From: Nostoc punctiforme PCC 73102
Lineage (GTDB): Bacteria > Cyanobacteriota > Cyanobacteriia > Cyanobacteriales > Nostocaceae
Direction of reading: 5' to 3'
Assembly: GCF_000020025.1 (NCBI RefSeq)
Contig: NC_010628.1
Span: forward strand, 2,940,001-2,972,000
Length of the DNA: 32,000 bases
The position numbers were made by a program, and so were the translations under genes. The notes beneath the pieces were generated by a model that was not told where the DNA came from, did not search any database, and worked only from the letters and a program-made list of their open reading frames with translations. Shown here in pieces: positions 17,019-26,063 of this stretch (its first letter is position 1; each line of letters opens with the position of its first letter).

Positions 17019-18089
17019 TTACATAGAACCAGAAAAAGTAGCATTTAACGCCCCAGCAATTTGCACAAATACTTGACTAGCTTTGGAGTTAGGGTCAACG
17101 AGCATTAGGGGTTCTCCGACATCGCCGCCATTACAGATGAGGGGATCAATGGGAATCTGCCCTAAAAGAGGTGCTTTGAGTTCTTCTACTAACTTTTGAC
17201 CGCCACCACTACCGAAAATCGAAATTTTTTCGCCACCATTCCCTATGAAATAGCTCATATTTTCGATAATCTCGATAACAGGAACCCCAACTTGGCGAAA
17301 CATATAAACGCTGCGGCGGACATCCGAAATTGCCACATTTTGGGGAGTTGTTACCAATATTACCCCGCAAATCGGGCTTTCTTGCACGATAGTAATTTGA
17401 GCATCACCAGTACCAGGAGGAAGGTCAATTAATAAATAATCCAGTTCTCCCCACTCCACTTCATGGATAAACTGGGTGATGATTTTATGTAAAACTGGGC
17501 CGCGCCAAGCTAAAGGATGGTCTGCTTCAGCCAACAGTCCCACAGACATAACTTTAATACCGTGGGCTTCTAATGGCACAAACCTTTGCCCTTTGGGAGT
17601 ATCAATAACTTTCACTTCAGATTTACCCAGTCCCAGCATTTGGGGAACATTGGGACCGTAAACATCAGCATCCAACAGACCGACTTTTGCCCCAGCCAAT
17701 TGTAAAGCTGCTGCTAAATTAACCGCAGTGGTAGACTTCCCCACACCCCCCTTACCACTGGAAACTGCTAGAGTTGTTCTTACTCCTGGAATGGTGCAGA
17801 GTTGAATGTAAGTTTTTTTACTCCAAGTTAGGGATGATAATACAGTTTGAATCTCGGTTTCTAATTGATGTTGATGGGAACCAATATACAAACGCAAATA
17901 TATATAATCATCAACTATCCGCAGATTTCGCACCATCCCCAGACTAATAATGTCATTTTTTAGGGTGCGATCGCTAATCTGCTTGAGAAGTTGCACAACT
18001 TCTTGTTTCCGGGCGATGGTGAGGGAGTCGCCAGAAGAAGCTTGTACTTCTTCATCTGAACGCTGGAAGGGTAATTGATGGCTTGACAT
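17019..18089 (-). CDS. mrp: Mrp/ApbC/NBP35-family Fe-S cluster carrier ATPase with an N-terminal DUF59-like domain
   Basis: Deviant Walker A SSGKGGVGKSTTAVNLAAAL, followed by LIDLPPGTGD. The N-terminal ~95 aa (IISLGMVRNLRIVDDYIYLRL) is DUF59-like. Confidence 0.9.
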   Translation of the reverse strand: MSSHQLPFQRSDEEVQASSGDSLTIARKQEVVQLLKQISDRTLKNDIISLGMVRNLRIVDDYIYLRLYIGSHQHQLETEIQTVLSSLTWSKKTYIQLCTIPGVRTTLAVSSGKGGVGKSTTAVNLAAALQLAGAKVGLLDADVYGPNVPQMLGLGKSEVKVIDTPKGQRFVPLEAHGIKVMSVGLLAEADHPLAWRGPVLHKIITQFIHEVEWGELDYLLIDLPPGTGDAQITIVQESPICGVILVTTPQNVAISDVRRSVYMFRQVGVPVIEIIENMSYFIGNGGEKISIFGSGGGQKLVEELKAPLLGQIPIDPLICNGGDVGEPLMLVDPNSKASQVFVQIAGALNATFSGSM

Positions 18090-18480
18090 GAAGAACTCCG
18101 CAAAGATAATCTATCAAATCTGGCGTGCAAATTAAATATTCGACAGCTTGGGTGCTAGTTTTGTGATGCACATAAATCTTGGACAAGTCTGATTGGGAAT
18201 ATTCCCCCCTATAGGATTGAGTGCCCCGACAATGAACGCGCTACGAAGAGAACTAAGCTATGGACAAGTATTAAATTATGAGGTATTTTGACTCTAAATT
18301 TTGAGAAGAAATCTTTGCTGAAATACTTGTTTTTTAGTAAAGACTATGGAATACTCCTGATATAATACGGTAAACCGATCGACAATTAGCATTTTAAGCG
18401 ATGGTAAGCTTGCTAGTCAAACAATTGGCGTTGCTGAATTCAGGTATGAAAATGATTTTGCGTGGTTCCAAAACCTTATA

Positions 18481-18507
18481 TAGAGACGTTTCATTGCAAC
18501 GTTTCTA
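18481..18507. repeat. TAGAGACG-family hairpin
   Basis: tagagacgtt (18481..18490) / aacgtttcta (18498..18507). 10-bp stem with one G-T pair and a 7-nt loop. Confidence 0.6.
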
Positions 18508-18630
18508 CACCAAGATTTATATATCAAATCAGCAGCACCAAATAATTTAACTATTATGAGTGAGTTTATAACTTTATTTTTCAACAGAGATTTTTCCGTA
18601 TTCTGGGTTTAACAGTTTCATCGGCGTAAA

Positions 18631-19629
18631 ATGCGAAAAAAACATTGCTTTTTAACGCTACTGCTGATTCAGCTAGTTGCACTCATATCACTATTGAGCA
18701 ATTTATCCGCATTAGCAGTTACCGTTAATCTCTGTCCTCCAGAGATGGTACTCATTCCTGGAGGTATTTTCAATATGGGAGCGGATAATTCGGGTTTTGT
18801 GGAAGAGCGAACAGCGAAAAATGTTACAGTTACCTCCTTCTGCATTGATAAATACGAGGTGACAAACGCTCAATTTGCTGAGTTTGTCAAAGCAACAAAG
18901 TATGTAACAGTTGCACAATGCCCTTTGCCAAAAGAGCAGTTTCCCGACTTACCAGATGAGCAGAGATTACCAGGTTCTCTAGTGTTTCATCAGCCAAAAC
19001 AAGGTGTTAAGCAAGTCCAATTTCTCAGTTGGTGGCATTGGACACCTGGCGCTAACTGGCAGCATCCCTTTGGTAGCGACAGCACTGTTGTAGGTAAAGA
19101 AAACTACCCAGTTGTGCATATTGCTTACGAGGATGCCCTCGCTTACGGAATATGGGCAGGAAAATCCTTACCAACAGAAGCACAGTGGGAATATGCGGCT
19201 CGTGGTGGCTTAGATGGCGCAACTTATACCTGGGGTAATCAATATTCGGAGACAAAAGCCAACACCTGGCAGGGGATTTTCCCTTTTTTCAATACCAAAG
19301 CTGATGGTTATATAGGAACGGCAAAAGTAGGCTCTTTTTCGGCCAATGGTTATGGACTTTACGATATGACCGGTAATGTTTGGGAATGGACTTCCGACTG
19401 GTTCAGTTTAGGACATGAGAACAAAGCTCACAGTGTCAACCCCACAGGAGCCAGTAAAAGTTTTGACCCTAAAAAACCCACAGAGATTGCTCTTCATGTA
19501 ATCAAAGGCGGCTCTTATCTATGTGCGCCGAACTATTGCAGCCGCTACCGTCCAGCCGCACGAGAATCTCAAGCTCCCGATACAGGAACTAGCCATATCG
19601 GGTTTCGCTTGGTGAAGAACCTGGTTTAA
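18631..19629 (+). CDS. formylglycine-generating enzyme (SUMF1/FGE family) with an N-terminal signal-like segment
   Basis: MVLIPGGIFNMGAD, YEVTNAQFAEFV, GNVWEWTSDW, and KGGSYLCAPNYCSRYRPAARE...SHIGFRLV. The N-terminus CFLTLLLIQLVALISLLSNLSALA is hydrophobic. Confidence 0.9.
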   Translation: MRKKHCFLTLLLIQLVALISLLSNLSALAVTVNLCPPEMVLIPGGIFNMGADNSGFVEERTAKNVTVTSFCIDKYEVTNAQFAEFVKATKYVTVAQCPLPKEQFPDLPDEQRLPGSLVFHQPKQGVKQVQFLSWWHWTPGANWQHPFGSDSTVVGKENYPVVHIAYEDALAYGIWAGKSLPTEAQWEYAARGGLDGATYTWGNQYSETKANTWQGIFPFFNTKADGYIGTAKVGSFSANGYGLYDMTGNVWEWTSDWFSLGHENKAHSVNPTGASKSFDPKKPTEIALHVIKGGSYLCAPNYCSRYRPAARESQAPDTGTSHIGFRLVKNLV

Positions 19630-19717
19630 AGCATATTTTCATTAGATTGCACTCTTAGGTCGTCTGAGGTGCTTCTGCGTCTCTGCGTGAGAAAAAAATA
19701 GCTATGAAAGGTATTGT

Positions 19718-22054
19718 ATGTTGAGTTTAATTTTCCGGGCAATCGCTCTATCTCTGGTCATCACCTTATTGATAGTTAGTAACCCTGCCCTAGCAGCTAC
19801 ATCAAAGGTTCTCCCTATTCGTCCACCGTCTTTTGAAGGTGAAATTGGCACAACTTACAAAGAGTCAACATCCGATTTTCCTACTCCAATCACCGCTCCT
19901 AAAAATGCTCCTAATGTCTTATTAGTGCTACTGGATGATGTGGGCTTTGGGCAGGCAAGTACTTTTGGTGGTTCTATAGAAACCCCCAATCTGACTCGTT
20001 TAGCGGAAAAAGGATTACGCTACAACCAATTCCACACTACAGCCCTTTGCTCACCTACCAGGGCAGCTTTGTTAACTGGGCGCAATCATCATTCTGTGGG
20101 TACAGGTGTAGTAGCAGAGTTAGCAACTGGTTATCCAGGTTACACAACCATTTTACCCAAGAGTGCGGCCACTGTGGCGGAAGTGCTGCGTCAAAATGGT
20201 TATAATACTGCGGCTTTTGGCAAATGGCACAATACACCAGATTATGAAACCAGTGCAGTGGGGCCTTTTGATCGCTGGCCGACAGGTTTAGGATTTGAGT
20301 ATTTTTACGGTTTTATGGGTGGTGATACTAACCAATGGAGTCCGGCTTTGGTAGAAAATACCAAGCGGGTTGCACCACCAATCAATAATCCTGATTACCA
20401 TTTAACTCCAGATTTAGTAGACCATGCGATCGCCTGGATTCGTTCTCAACAATCCATTGCTCCTGAAAAACCTTTCTTCACCTATCTGGCTATCGGTGCT
20501 ACCCATGCACCCCACCACGCCCCCAAAGCCTGGATTGACAAGTATCAAGGCAAATTTGATCGAGGCTGGGATAAATTGCGGGAAGAAACCTTTGTCCGTC
20601 AGAAACAACTGGGTGTAATTCCTGCCAATGCCCAGCTTACTCCTCGTGCCAAAGAATTCCCAGCTTGGGATTCTCTATCTCAAGATGAACAAAGAATTTA
20701 TGCCCATGAAATGGAGGTCTTTGCAGGATTTTTAGCACATACAGACTATGAAATCGGACGATTGATTGATGGTATAGACAAACTTGGGGAATTAGATAAC
20801 ACCTTAGTAATCTATATCGTTGGTGATAACGGCGCTAGTGCCGAAGGTGGTTTAACTGGTAGCGTCAATGAGCTGAAAATCTTTAACAGAATACCGGAAA
20901 GCCAAGAACAACTTTTAGCTTCCTTGAATGACTTAGGTAGTCCCAAAACCTTTAATCATTATCATGCAGGCTGGGCTTGGGCAGGAACTACACCCTTTCA
21001 ATGGACAAAACAAATTGCCTCTCACTTTGGTGGTACTCGTAATCCCTTAGTTGTTGCTTGGGGCAACCAAATTAAAGATCGTGGTGGACTCCGCAGCCAA
21101 TTCCATCATGTTATTGATATTACACCTACAATTCTCGAAGCGACAGGAATTACTGTACCTACTGAAGTTAACGGGGTGAAACAACAGAAAATTGAAGGTA
21201 CTAGCCTAGTTTACACATTTGACGATCCTGATGCTTCTTCCCAACGCAAAACCCAGTATTTTGAGATGTTTGGAAACCGAGCTATTTATAATAACGGATG
21301 GGTAGCTGCGGCTCGTCACCCGCGCTTGCCTTGGCAGGGGACAATCAATGCTGATTTCGAGCAAGATCCTTGGGAACTATACAACATTGAGGAAGATTTC
21401 AGCGAGGCAAATAACCTCGCAGACAAAAATCCAGAGAAACTGGAAAAACTGCAAAAGTTGTTTTTATCAGAAGCTCGTAAACACAAAGTTTTACCATTAG
21501 ACGATCGCGTTTCTGAACGGTTTGATGTCAAAATTCGCCCCTTTCTAGACGCAGGACGCACCACATTTATTTACTATCCTGGTGCAGTACCGATTCCCGA
21601 AGGTAGCGCCCCAAACCTCAAAAACAGATCGTTCACTATCAAAGCTGATGTAGAGATTCCAGAAAATGGTGCTGAGGGTGTCTTGTTAACCCAAGGTGGA
21701 CGCTTTGCTGGTTGGGGCTTTTTTATTGAAGATGGTAAACCAACCTATACCTACAATTTTGCAAATGCAGAGCGATACATTATTCAATCTCCTGAAAAGT
21801 TACCCCCAGGGAAAGCAACAATAGGATTTGATTTTGATTATGACGGTGGTGTTGGTGCAGGAGGAACTGGGAAATTGTTCATCAACGATCAACAGGTAGC
21901 TCAAGGTCGAATTGAAAAAACTATACCTTATCGTGTGGCATTAGATGAAACCTTTGATGTTGGTCGAGATACAGGTACACCTGTAGTTGATACCTATCAA
22001 GTACCGTTTGCTTTTACAGGTAATTTACAGAAAGTTACCCTGAACTTGAAATAA
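19718..22054 (+). CDS. Cys-type arylsulfatase (long, 778-aa form) with signal peptide
   Basis: [11 protein letters not shown] metal site and the sulfatase signature [15 protein letters not shown] (Cys111, codon 20048..20050), plus GKWH. Signal peptide ends ...SNPALA-AT. Confidence 0.92.
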   Translation: MLSLIFRAIALSLVITLLIVSNPALAATSKVLPIRPPSFEGEIGTTYKESTSDFPTPITAPKNAPNVLLVLLDDVGFGQASTFGGSIETPNLTRLAEKGLRYNQFHTTALCSPTRAALLTGRNHHSVGTGVVAELATGYPGYTTILPKSAATVAEVLRQNGYNTAAFGKWHNTPDYETSAVGPFDRWPTGLGFEYFYGFMGGDTNQWSPALVENTKRVAPPINNPDYHLTPDLVDHAIAWIRSQQSIAPEKPFFTYLAIGATHAPHHAPKAWIDKYQGKFDRGWDKLREETFVRQKQLGVIPANAQLTPRAKEFPAWDSLSQDEQRIYAHEMEVFAGFLAHTDYEIGRLIDGIDKLGELDNTLVIYIVGDNGASAEGGLTGSVNELKIFNRIPESQEQLLASLNDLGSPKTFNHYHAGWAWAGTTPFQWTKQIASHFGGTRNPLVVAWGNQIKDRGGLRSQFHHVIDITPTILEATGITVPTEVNGVKQQKIEGTSLVYTFDDPDASSQRKTQYFEMFGNRAIYNNGWVAAARHPRLPWQGTINADFEQDPWELYNIEEDFSEANNLADKNPEKLEKLQKLFLSEARKHKVLPLDDRVSERFDVKIRPFLDAGRTTFIYYPGAVPIPEGSAPNLKNRSFTIKADVEIPENGAEGVLLTQGGRFAGWGFFIEDGKPTYTYNFANAERYIIQSPEKLPPGKATIGFDFDYDGGVGAGGTGKLFINDQQVAQGRIEKTIPYRVALDETFDVGRDTGTPVVDTYQVPFAFTGNLQKVTLNLK

Positions 22055-22062
22055 GTTTAGGG

Positions 22063-22090
22063 GTATAGACGTTCCTGGTAACGTCTATAC
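22063..22090. repeat. perfect 11-bp-stem hairpin (TAGAGACG family) 9 nt after the sulfatase stop; possible transcript-end structure
   Basis: gtatagacgtt (22063..22073), loop cctggt, aacgtctatac (22080..22090). No T-tract follows, so it is not a canonical terminator. Confidence 0.6.
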
Positions 22091-22194
22091 AATACTTCTC
22101 GGTTAAGGGGAAAAGGGGAAAGGAAAAAGGGAAAGAAAAAACCTTTAACCCTTACCCAATTCTGAGTTAAAAATGTAAAAAACGAGAACTTTTG
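22090..22194. mobile_element. degenerate copy of the MITE-like element seen at 23208..23326
   Basis: Left end caatacttctcggttaagggg resembles ccaatacggttcggttaaagggg. The interior has the same G/A-rich then C/T-rich arms (ggggaaaagggg...cctttaacccttaccc). Right end agttaaaaatg...cgagaac resembles agtgaaaaatg...ccgaacc. I saw no clean TSD. Confidence 0.35.
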
Positions 22195-22250
22195 CCTCTA
22201 CATCTACTCTTACAAGATCCATAAAAACGATTGCGCGAAAGCAAAAATTT

Positions 22251-23123
22251 ATGAATGAAATTATCCCCATACTTGACAAACTCGCATTCTTGTTGTTTGT
22301 TGTTGCAACTATGTTTGGTACAGGGTTAAAGTTAACTTTACAGCAGATTTGGGGACCACTCCGCAATATCCGTTTAGTTATTTCATCACTGGTGGCAAAT
22401 TTTTTAATTGTACCCCTTTTTATCTATTTGTTATTGCAAGTAGTACCTGTAACCGAACCTGTAAAAGCTGGTTTTATCATTATGGCGTTAGCATCAGGTC
22501 CTCCAGCTTTACCTAAACTGGCTCAAATAGTTAAGGGTAATTTAGCTTTTTCTACAGGGTTAATGATGTTGCTAATGTTTGGCACAGTATTTTATCTGCC
22601 GATTGCACTACCGTTAGTTTTGCAAGGTGTACAAGTCAATTCTTGGGATATTGCCAAACCTTTAATATTGTTGATGTTAACCCCGTTAGTAATTGGGTTA
22701 ATTATTAAAGCAAAATCTGAAGACATAGCCCTCAATTTTCAAGCAATTACGTTCAAAATATCTAACTTTGGATTACTTTTAGGTTTAGTAGTAAGACTAG
22801 TAGTCCACTTTAACGAGATTATCATTTTATTAAAAACAGGTGTAATCTTTGTTTGTGCTATTTTTATTATCTTCTCTTTTACTGTGGGTTATTTATTGGG
22901 TGGGCCTGGTATTGATACTCAAAGAGTTTTAGGGGTAGGAACGGCTCAACGTAATTTTGCTGCTTTATTAATAGGTACGAGCAATTTTGACGATCCTAAT
23001 GTGGTGAGTACCATTATGGTGACAAGTTTATTAATGATGGTTTCAGTTCTGATTTTGGGGAAAAATTTAACAGAAGTAGACCAAGGACAGGGTGCAAAAG
23101 TAGAGTCGGTAGAAATTTCGTGA
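22251..23123 (+). CDS. bile acid:sodium symporter (BASS/SLC10-like) family transporter
   Basis: 290 aa, about 8-9 TM segments. The N-terminal FLLFVVATMFGTGLKLTLQQI and later GFIIMALASGPPA blocks are typical of the BASS family as I remember it. Confidence 0.75.
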   Translation: MNEIIPILDKLAFLLFVVATMFGTGLKLTLQQIWGPLRNIRLVISSLVANFLIVPLFIYLLLQVVPVTEPVKAGFIIMALASGPPALPKLAQIVKGNLAFSTGLMMLLMFGTVFYLPIALPLVLQGVQVNSWDIAKPLILLMLTPLVIGLIIKAKSEDIALNFQAITFKISNFGLLLGLVVRLVVHFNEIIILLKTGVIFVCAIFIIFSFTVGYLLGGPGIDTQRVLGVGTAQRNFAALLIGTSNFDDPNVVSTIMVTSLLMMVSVLILGKNLTEVDQGQGAKVESVEIS

Positions 23124-23207
23124 TTAACCCTCCATTGCTCCCACCACCAACTTGAGTACAGTGTTGCTCTAAGCTTTGCTATTGGCGCAACCTTTCCAAG
23201 AGTTGGG

Positions 23208-23326
23208 CCAATACGGTTCGGTTAAAGGGGAAAGGGAAAAGGTTTTGAATATATCCTTTCCCCTTTACCCCTTACCCTTTACCCAGACAACAAGGAAAGT
23301 GAAAAATGCTTATCCGAACCGTATTG
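23208..23326. mobile_element. 119-bp MITE-like element with 13/14-bp terminal inverted repeats and a 9-bp target-site duplication
   Basis: Left TIR ccaatacggttcgg (23208..23221); right end ccgaaccgtattg (23314..23326). An identical agagttggg abuts both ends (23199..23207 and 23327..23335). The interior is a G/A-rich / C/T-rich hairpin (aaaggggaaagggaaaagg ... cctttcccctttaccccttaccc). Confidence 0.7.
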
Positions 23327-23397
23327 AGAGTTGGGTCGAAAGGGCGAATTCTTATTGTTTTCTATCCCCCTTGCTTCTTTTCAAGGATCACCTTGCT

Positions 23398-25716
23398 CTA
23401 GATATACATAGCAAAGTAATCATTGTAGATTTCCGTATTAGTCATGACTGTGATTTCTATTTGTTTCTTTTCTTCATCTGTAGCCAGACTCATGGCCGGG
23501 TTTAAGCTATCTTGGGGGATAAAATCACCACAGTATTCATTAGCCGGTACTGTTGCATTCATCTTTTGGGGATAACTCAATTTGAGATTATTCATGATTG
23601 TAATGAATTGACTACGGCTGCGTTCGCGCAGCGCTCCGTAGGAATCGCTAAATCTAGGATTAAAACGCTTTTCTTCGCCAATGGTGGAAACTGTGCGTCC
23701 TTTGTAATCATGGGCGGGATATACCAAGGTATCATCTGGCAAGGTGAATAAGCTTTGTGTCACCACATCGTATAGGGTTCCAGGATCGCCACCTTGAAAA
23801 TCTGTGCGTCCACAACCACGAATAAATAAGGCATCACCAGTTAATAAGTGGGTTTTGTTCACCAAATATGCTATGTGACTAGCACTGTGACCTGGTGTGA
23901 AAATTGCTTCGATCGCTACCGATCCCACATCGATGATTTCGCCACCGACAAGCGAGCGATCGGCTTTCGTGACAGCAGGATTCTGGGGAACGATCACCTG
24001 ACAGCCTGTTTGTTGCCTAAGTTTGCCTGCTCCTGTGATGTGATCGGCATGAAGATGAGTTTCTAGACAATAGCGTAGCTTTAATCCTAGTTCATCTAAT
24101 GATTGCAAATCGCGGTCAACTTGCTCTAATACAGGGTCAACTAGAACAGCATCTCCTGTCTGTCGATCGGCAATCAGGTAAGTATAACTACTAGTTTCAG
24201 GATCAAATAATTGCCGAAATAGTAAGCTTGACTGGGGTATCTGTGAGCCACCATCGCCTGTTTCCTTATTTAACAGCATTGTGGGAATCGGACGCACACG
24301 TACTGGCAGCGACTGCAATAACGCTTGGGATAATTCCTGCGCCTGTACCCGTAATTCTGGAACAGCAATAGTTTCCCACAAGTCGCCTTTGCGAGGAGTT
24401 CCCAAGGTATACAGCAGTGTCGAAACATTGCTGTCTGCCGTATATAAAGCACCGTGAGCATCTGCATCTAATCCTAAGCCGATAGCATTGGGGCGAATTA
24501 ATCCTTGCGATCGCAAATCAGCAATTAGGGGGTGAGGCGATCGGCGATAATCTGCTGCTACCCCGGTACAATTCACTACTCGATGGACGTGTAAGACAGT
24601 ATTAGCATGGGTTTTGCGCTGGCATACAGTCACTGCCACACCATCCGGCAAAGCTTGATATTCCCGAATCCGTCCGGCGGAAATGTTAAGTTGACCAGAA
24701 TCCAACATTTCAGTGACAACATCTGCCACTTTGGGGGCAATGCGGTGACGATGCACGTCCCAATAAGGTGTTAGATGACGCAAAAAGCGCTGCTGTTCTT
24801 CGGTCGGTAGTTTTTGCCAAATTTTCTGAGTTATGGGACGCAGAGAATCAATTACCGATCGCCAGTCATAGCCTTGGGCAGCTGCAACTTCCACCTCGGC
24901 ACGTAGCCGATGCAACCACCCGCGCACACTTTTTGGTGAAGTCTCTGGGGTCAAAAAGCTAGGATAAGGTTTAGCTGCTTGATGTTTTTGGGGAAATAAC
25001 CCTCGTCGAGATATAGCATAAATTTTGCCCCGATGTTGGCGATCGTGCAGAGATAAAACCATATCCACCATCGTTAGTCCTGTACCAATTAGCAGCACGG
25101 GCGCATCCAGATCGAGGTCTGCTAGGGCATCGGCTGACCAGGCATTCCGCAGATAACTTTCATTATTGCTGTCTGCGTTTTTGATTGCCGGGGGTGCAGA
25201 AGGCGAGTTTCCCAACGCCAACACAACTTTATCTGCGGCAAAACAGAGACCACTACGCAGAGAGACGATCGCGCCTTTTCCTTCAGGCTGTACCCCCACG
25301 ACCTCATCGGTCAAACGTTCTAGTCGTACATCACTAGGTGCTGTGGCTTCTGCTTCTGCTAAAATCGACTGAATGTATAAACCATAGACCTTGCGGGGAA
25401 TGAAGCTACTAGCATTGACTTCTTCAGGAAAAAATGACGCTAATTCGTTGCGATTGTACTGAAGCCAACGCAGCAGATGTCCGGGATCGCGAGCAAATGC
25501 ACTCATGTTTCCGGCCGATACATTCAGCAAATGACAGTTGGTATTGGTGCTGTAGGCAATTCCCTTCCCCATTTGATGACTGCGCTCAATCAGCTTAATG
25601 GTGAGAGGTTGGCTGGCAGTTTTCAATAAGTGGGTAGCAACTAGAGAACCGCTAAAGCCTCCACCAACAATAGCGATCGTGGTTGGAGTCTGGGCAGTCA
25701 AAAAACTAGGGTTCAT
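23398..25716 (-). CDS. fusion protein: N-terminal FAD/NAD(P)-binding domain protein (~480 aa) + C-terminal ETHE1-type persulfide dioxygenase (MBL fold)
   Basis: N-terminus: TIAIVGGGFSGSLVATHLL Rossmann motif and a large uncharacterised FAD-NAD(P)-binding-type region. C-terminus: YTYLIAD, HxHxDH (ETHLHADHITG), TPGHSASH, LLTGDALFIRGCGRTDFQGGD, YPAHDYKG, FNPRF, VPANEYCG. Confidence 0.8.
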   Translation of the reverse strand: MNPSFLTAQTPTTIAIVGGGFSGSLVATHLLKTASQPLTIKLIERSHQMGKGIAYSTNTNCHLLNVSAGNMSAFARDPGHLLRWLQYNRNELASFFPEEVNASSFIPRKVYGLYIQSILAEAEATAPSDVRLERLTDEVVGVQPEGKGAIVSLRSGLCFAADKVVLALGNSPSAPPAIKNADSNNESYLRNAWSADALADLDLDAPVLLIGTGLTMVDMVLSLHDRQHRGKIYAISRRGLFPQKHQAAKPYPSFLTPETSPKSVRGWLHRLRAEVEVAAAQGYDWRSVIDSLRPITQKIWQKLPTEEQQRFLRHLTPYWDVHRHRIAPKVADVVTEMLDSGQLNISAGRIREYQALPDGVAVTVCQRKTHANTVLHVHRVVNCTGVAADYRRSPHPLIADLRSQGLIRPNAIGLGLDADAHGALYTADSNVSTLLYTLGTPRKGDLWETIAVPELRVQAQELSQALLQSLPVRVRPIPTMLLNKETGDGGSQIPQSSLLFRQLFDPETSSYTYLIADRQTGDAVLVDPVLEQVDRDLQSLDELGLKLRYCLETHLHADHITGAGKLRQQTGCQVIVPQNPAVTKADRSLVGGEIIDVGSVAIEAIFTPGHSASHIAYLVNKTHLLTGDALFIRGCGRTDFQGGDPGTLYDVVTQSLFTLPDDTLVYPAHDYKGRTVSTIGEEKRFNPRFSDSYGALRERSRSQFITIMNNLKLSYPQKMNATVPANEYCGDFIPQDSLNPAMSLATDEEKKQIEITVMTNTEIYNDYFAMYI

Positions 25717-26063
25717 GGCGATTTTAGTTAGAATCGATAATCCCGCCGATTGAATAAAGTCTATTTCCTGAGATTAAACATATTTCCAACTCAGATGAAA
25801 TAATTAGACTTTACTTAACTTTACTTAGTATGATTTTCTATAGTAGCTTGCTTTCAGGTATTTAACGCCTGGTTGACTGACAAAAGTCTGAGGTCAAGAA
25901 ATTGAAGCAGAGAAAAAAGGAGGCGCAGACTTCCAGAACAAATAATTTCGTCGGACTCTAACTGTTAGCTAAACACAGATAGAGGAATACAAGCGACCTC
26001 CCCCTGTTTAACGTATTGTAGATATCGTTAGCCTGCCATCTTTGACTCCGGATAATCAATAAA

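Noticed and set aside
22101-22157. G/A-rich and C/T-rich repeats here and at 23221..23285, 26791..26925 and 28547..28594, considered as a possible CRISPR array or G-quadruplex cluster
   Set aside because: There is no regular repeat-spacer periodicity and no identical direct repeats. They are palindromic hairpin or MITE cores scattered in different spacers. G-quadruplex formation is possible but cannot be supported from sequence alone.
22145-22366. 73-aa minus-strand ORF
   Set aside because: It overlaps the degenerate MITE copy and the 5' end of the BASS transporter gene in antisense, and it has no motif.
23176-23505. 109-aa plus-strand ORF
   Set aside because: It runs straight through the MITE-like element (23208..23326) and then antisense into the 3' end of the 772-aa gene. 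Its sequence is repeat-derived (KGEREKVLNISFPLYPLPF), so it is almost certainly not coding.
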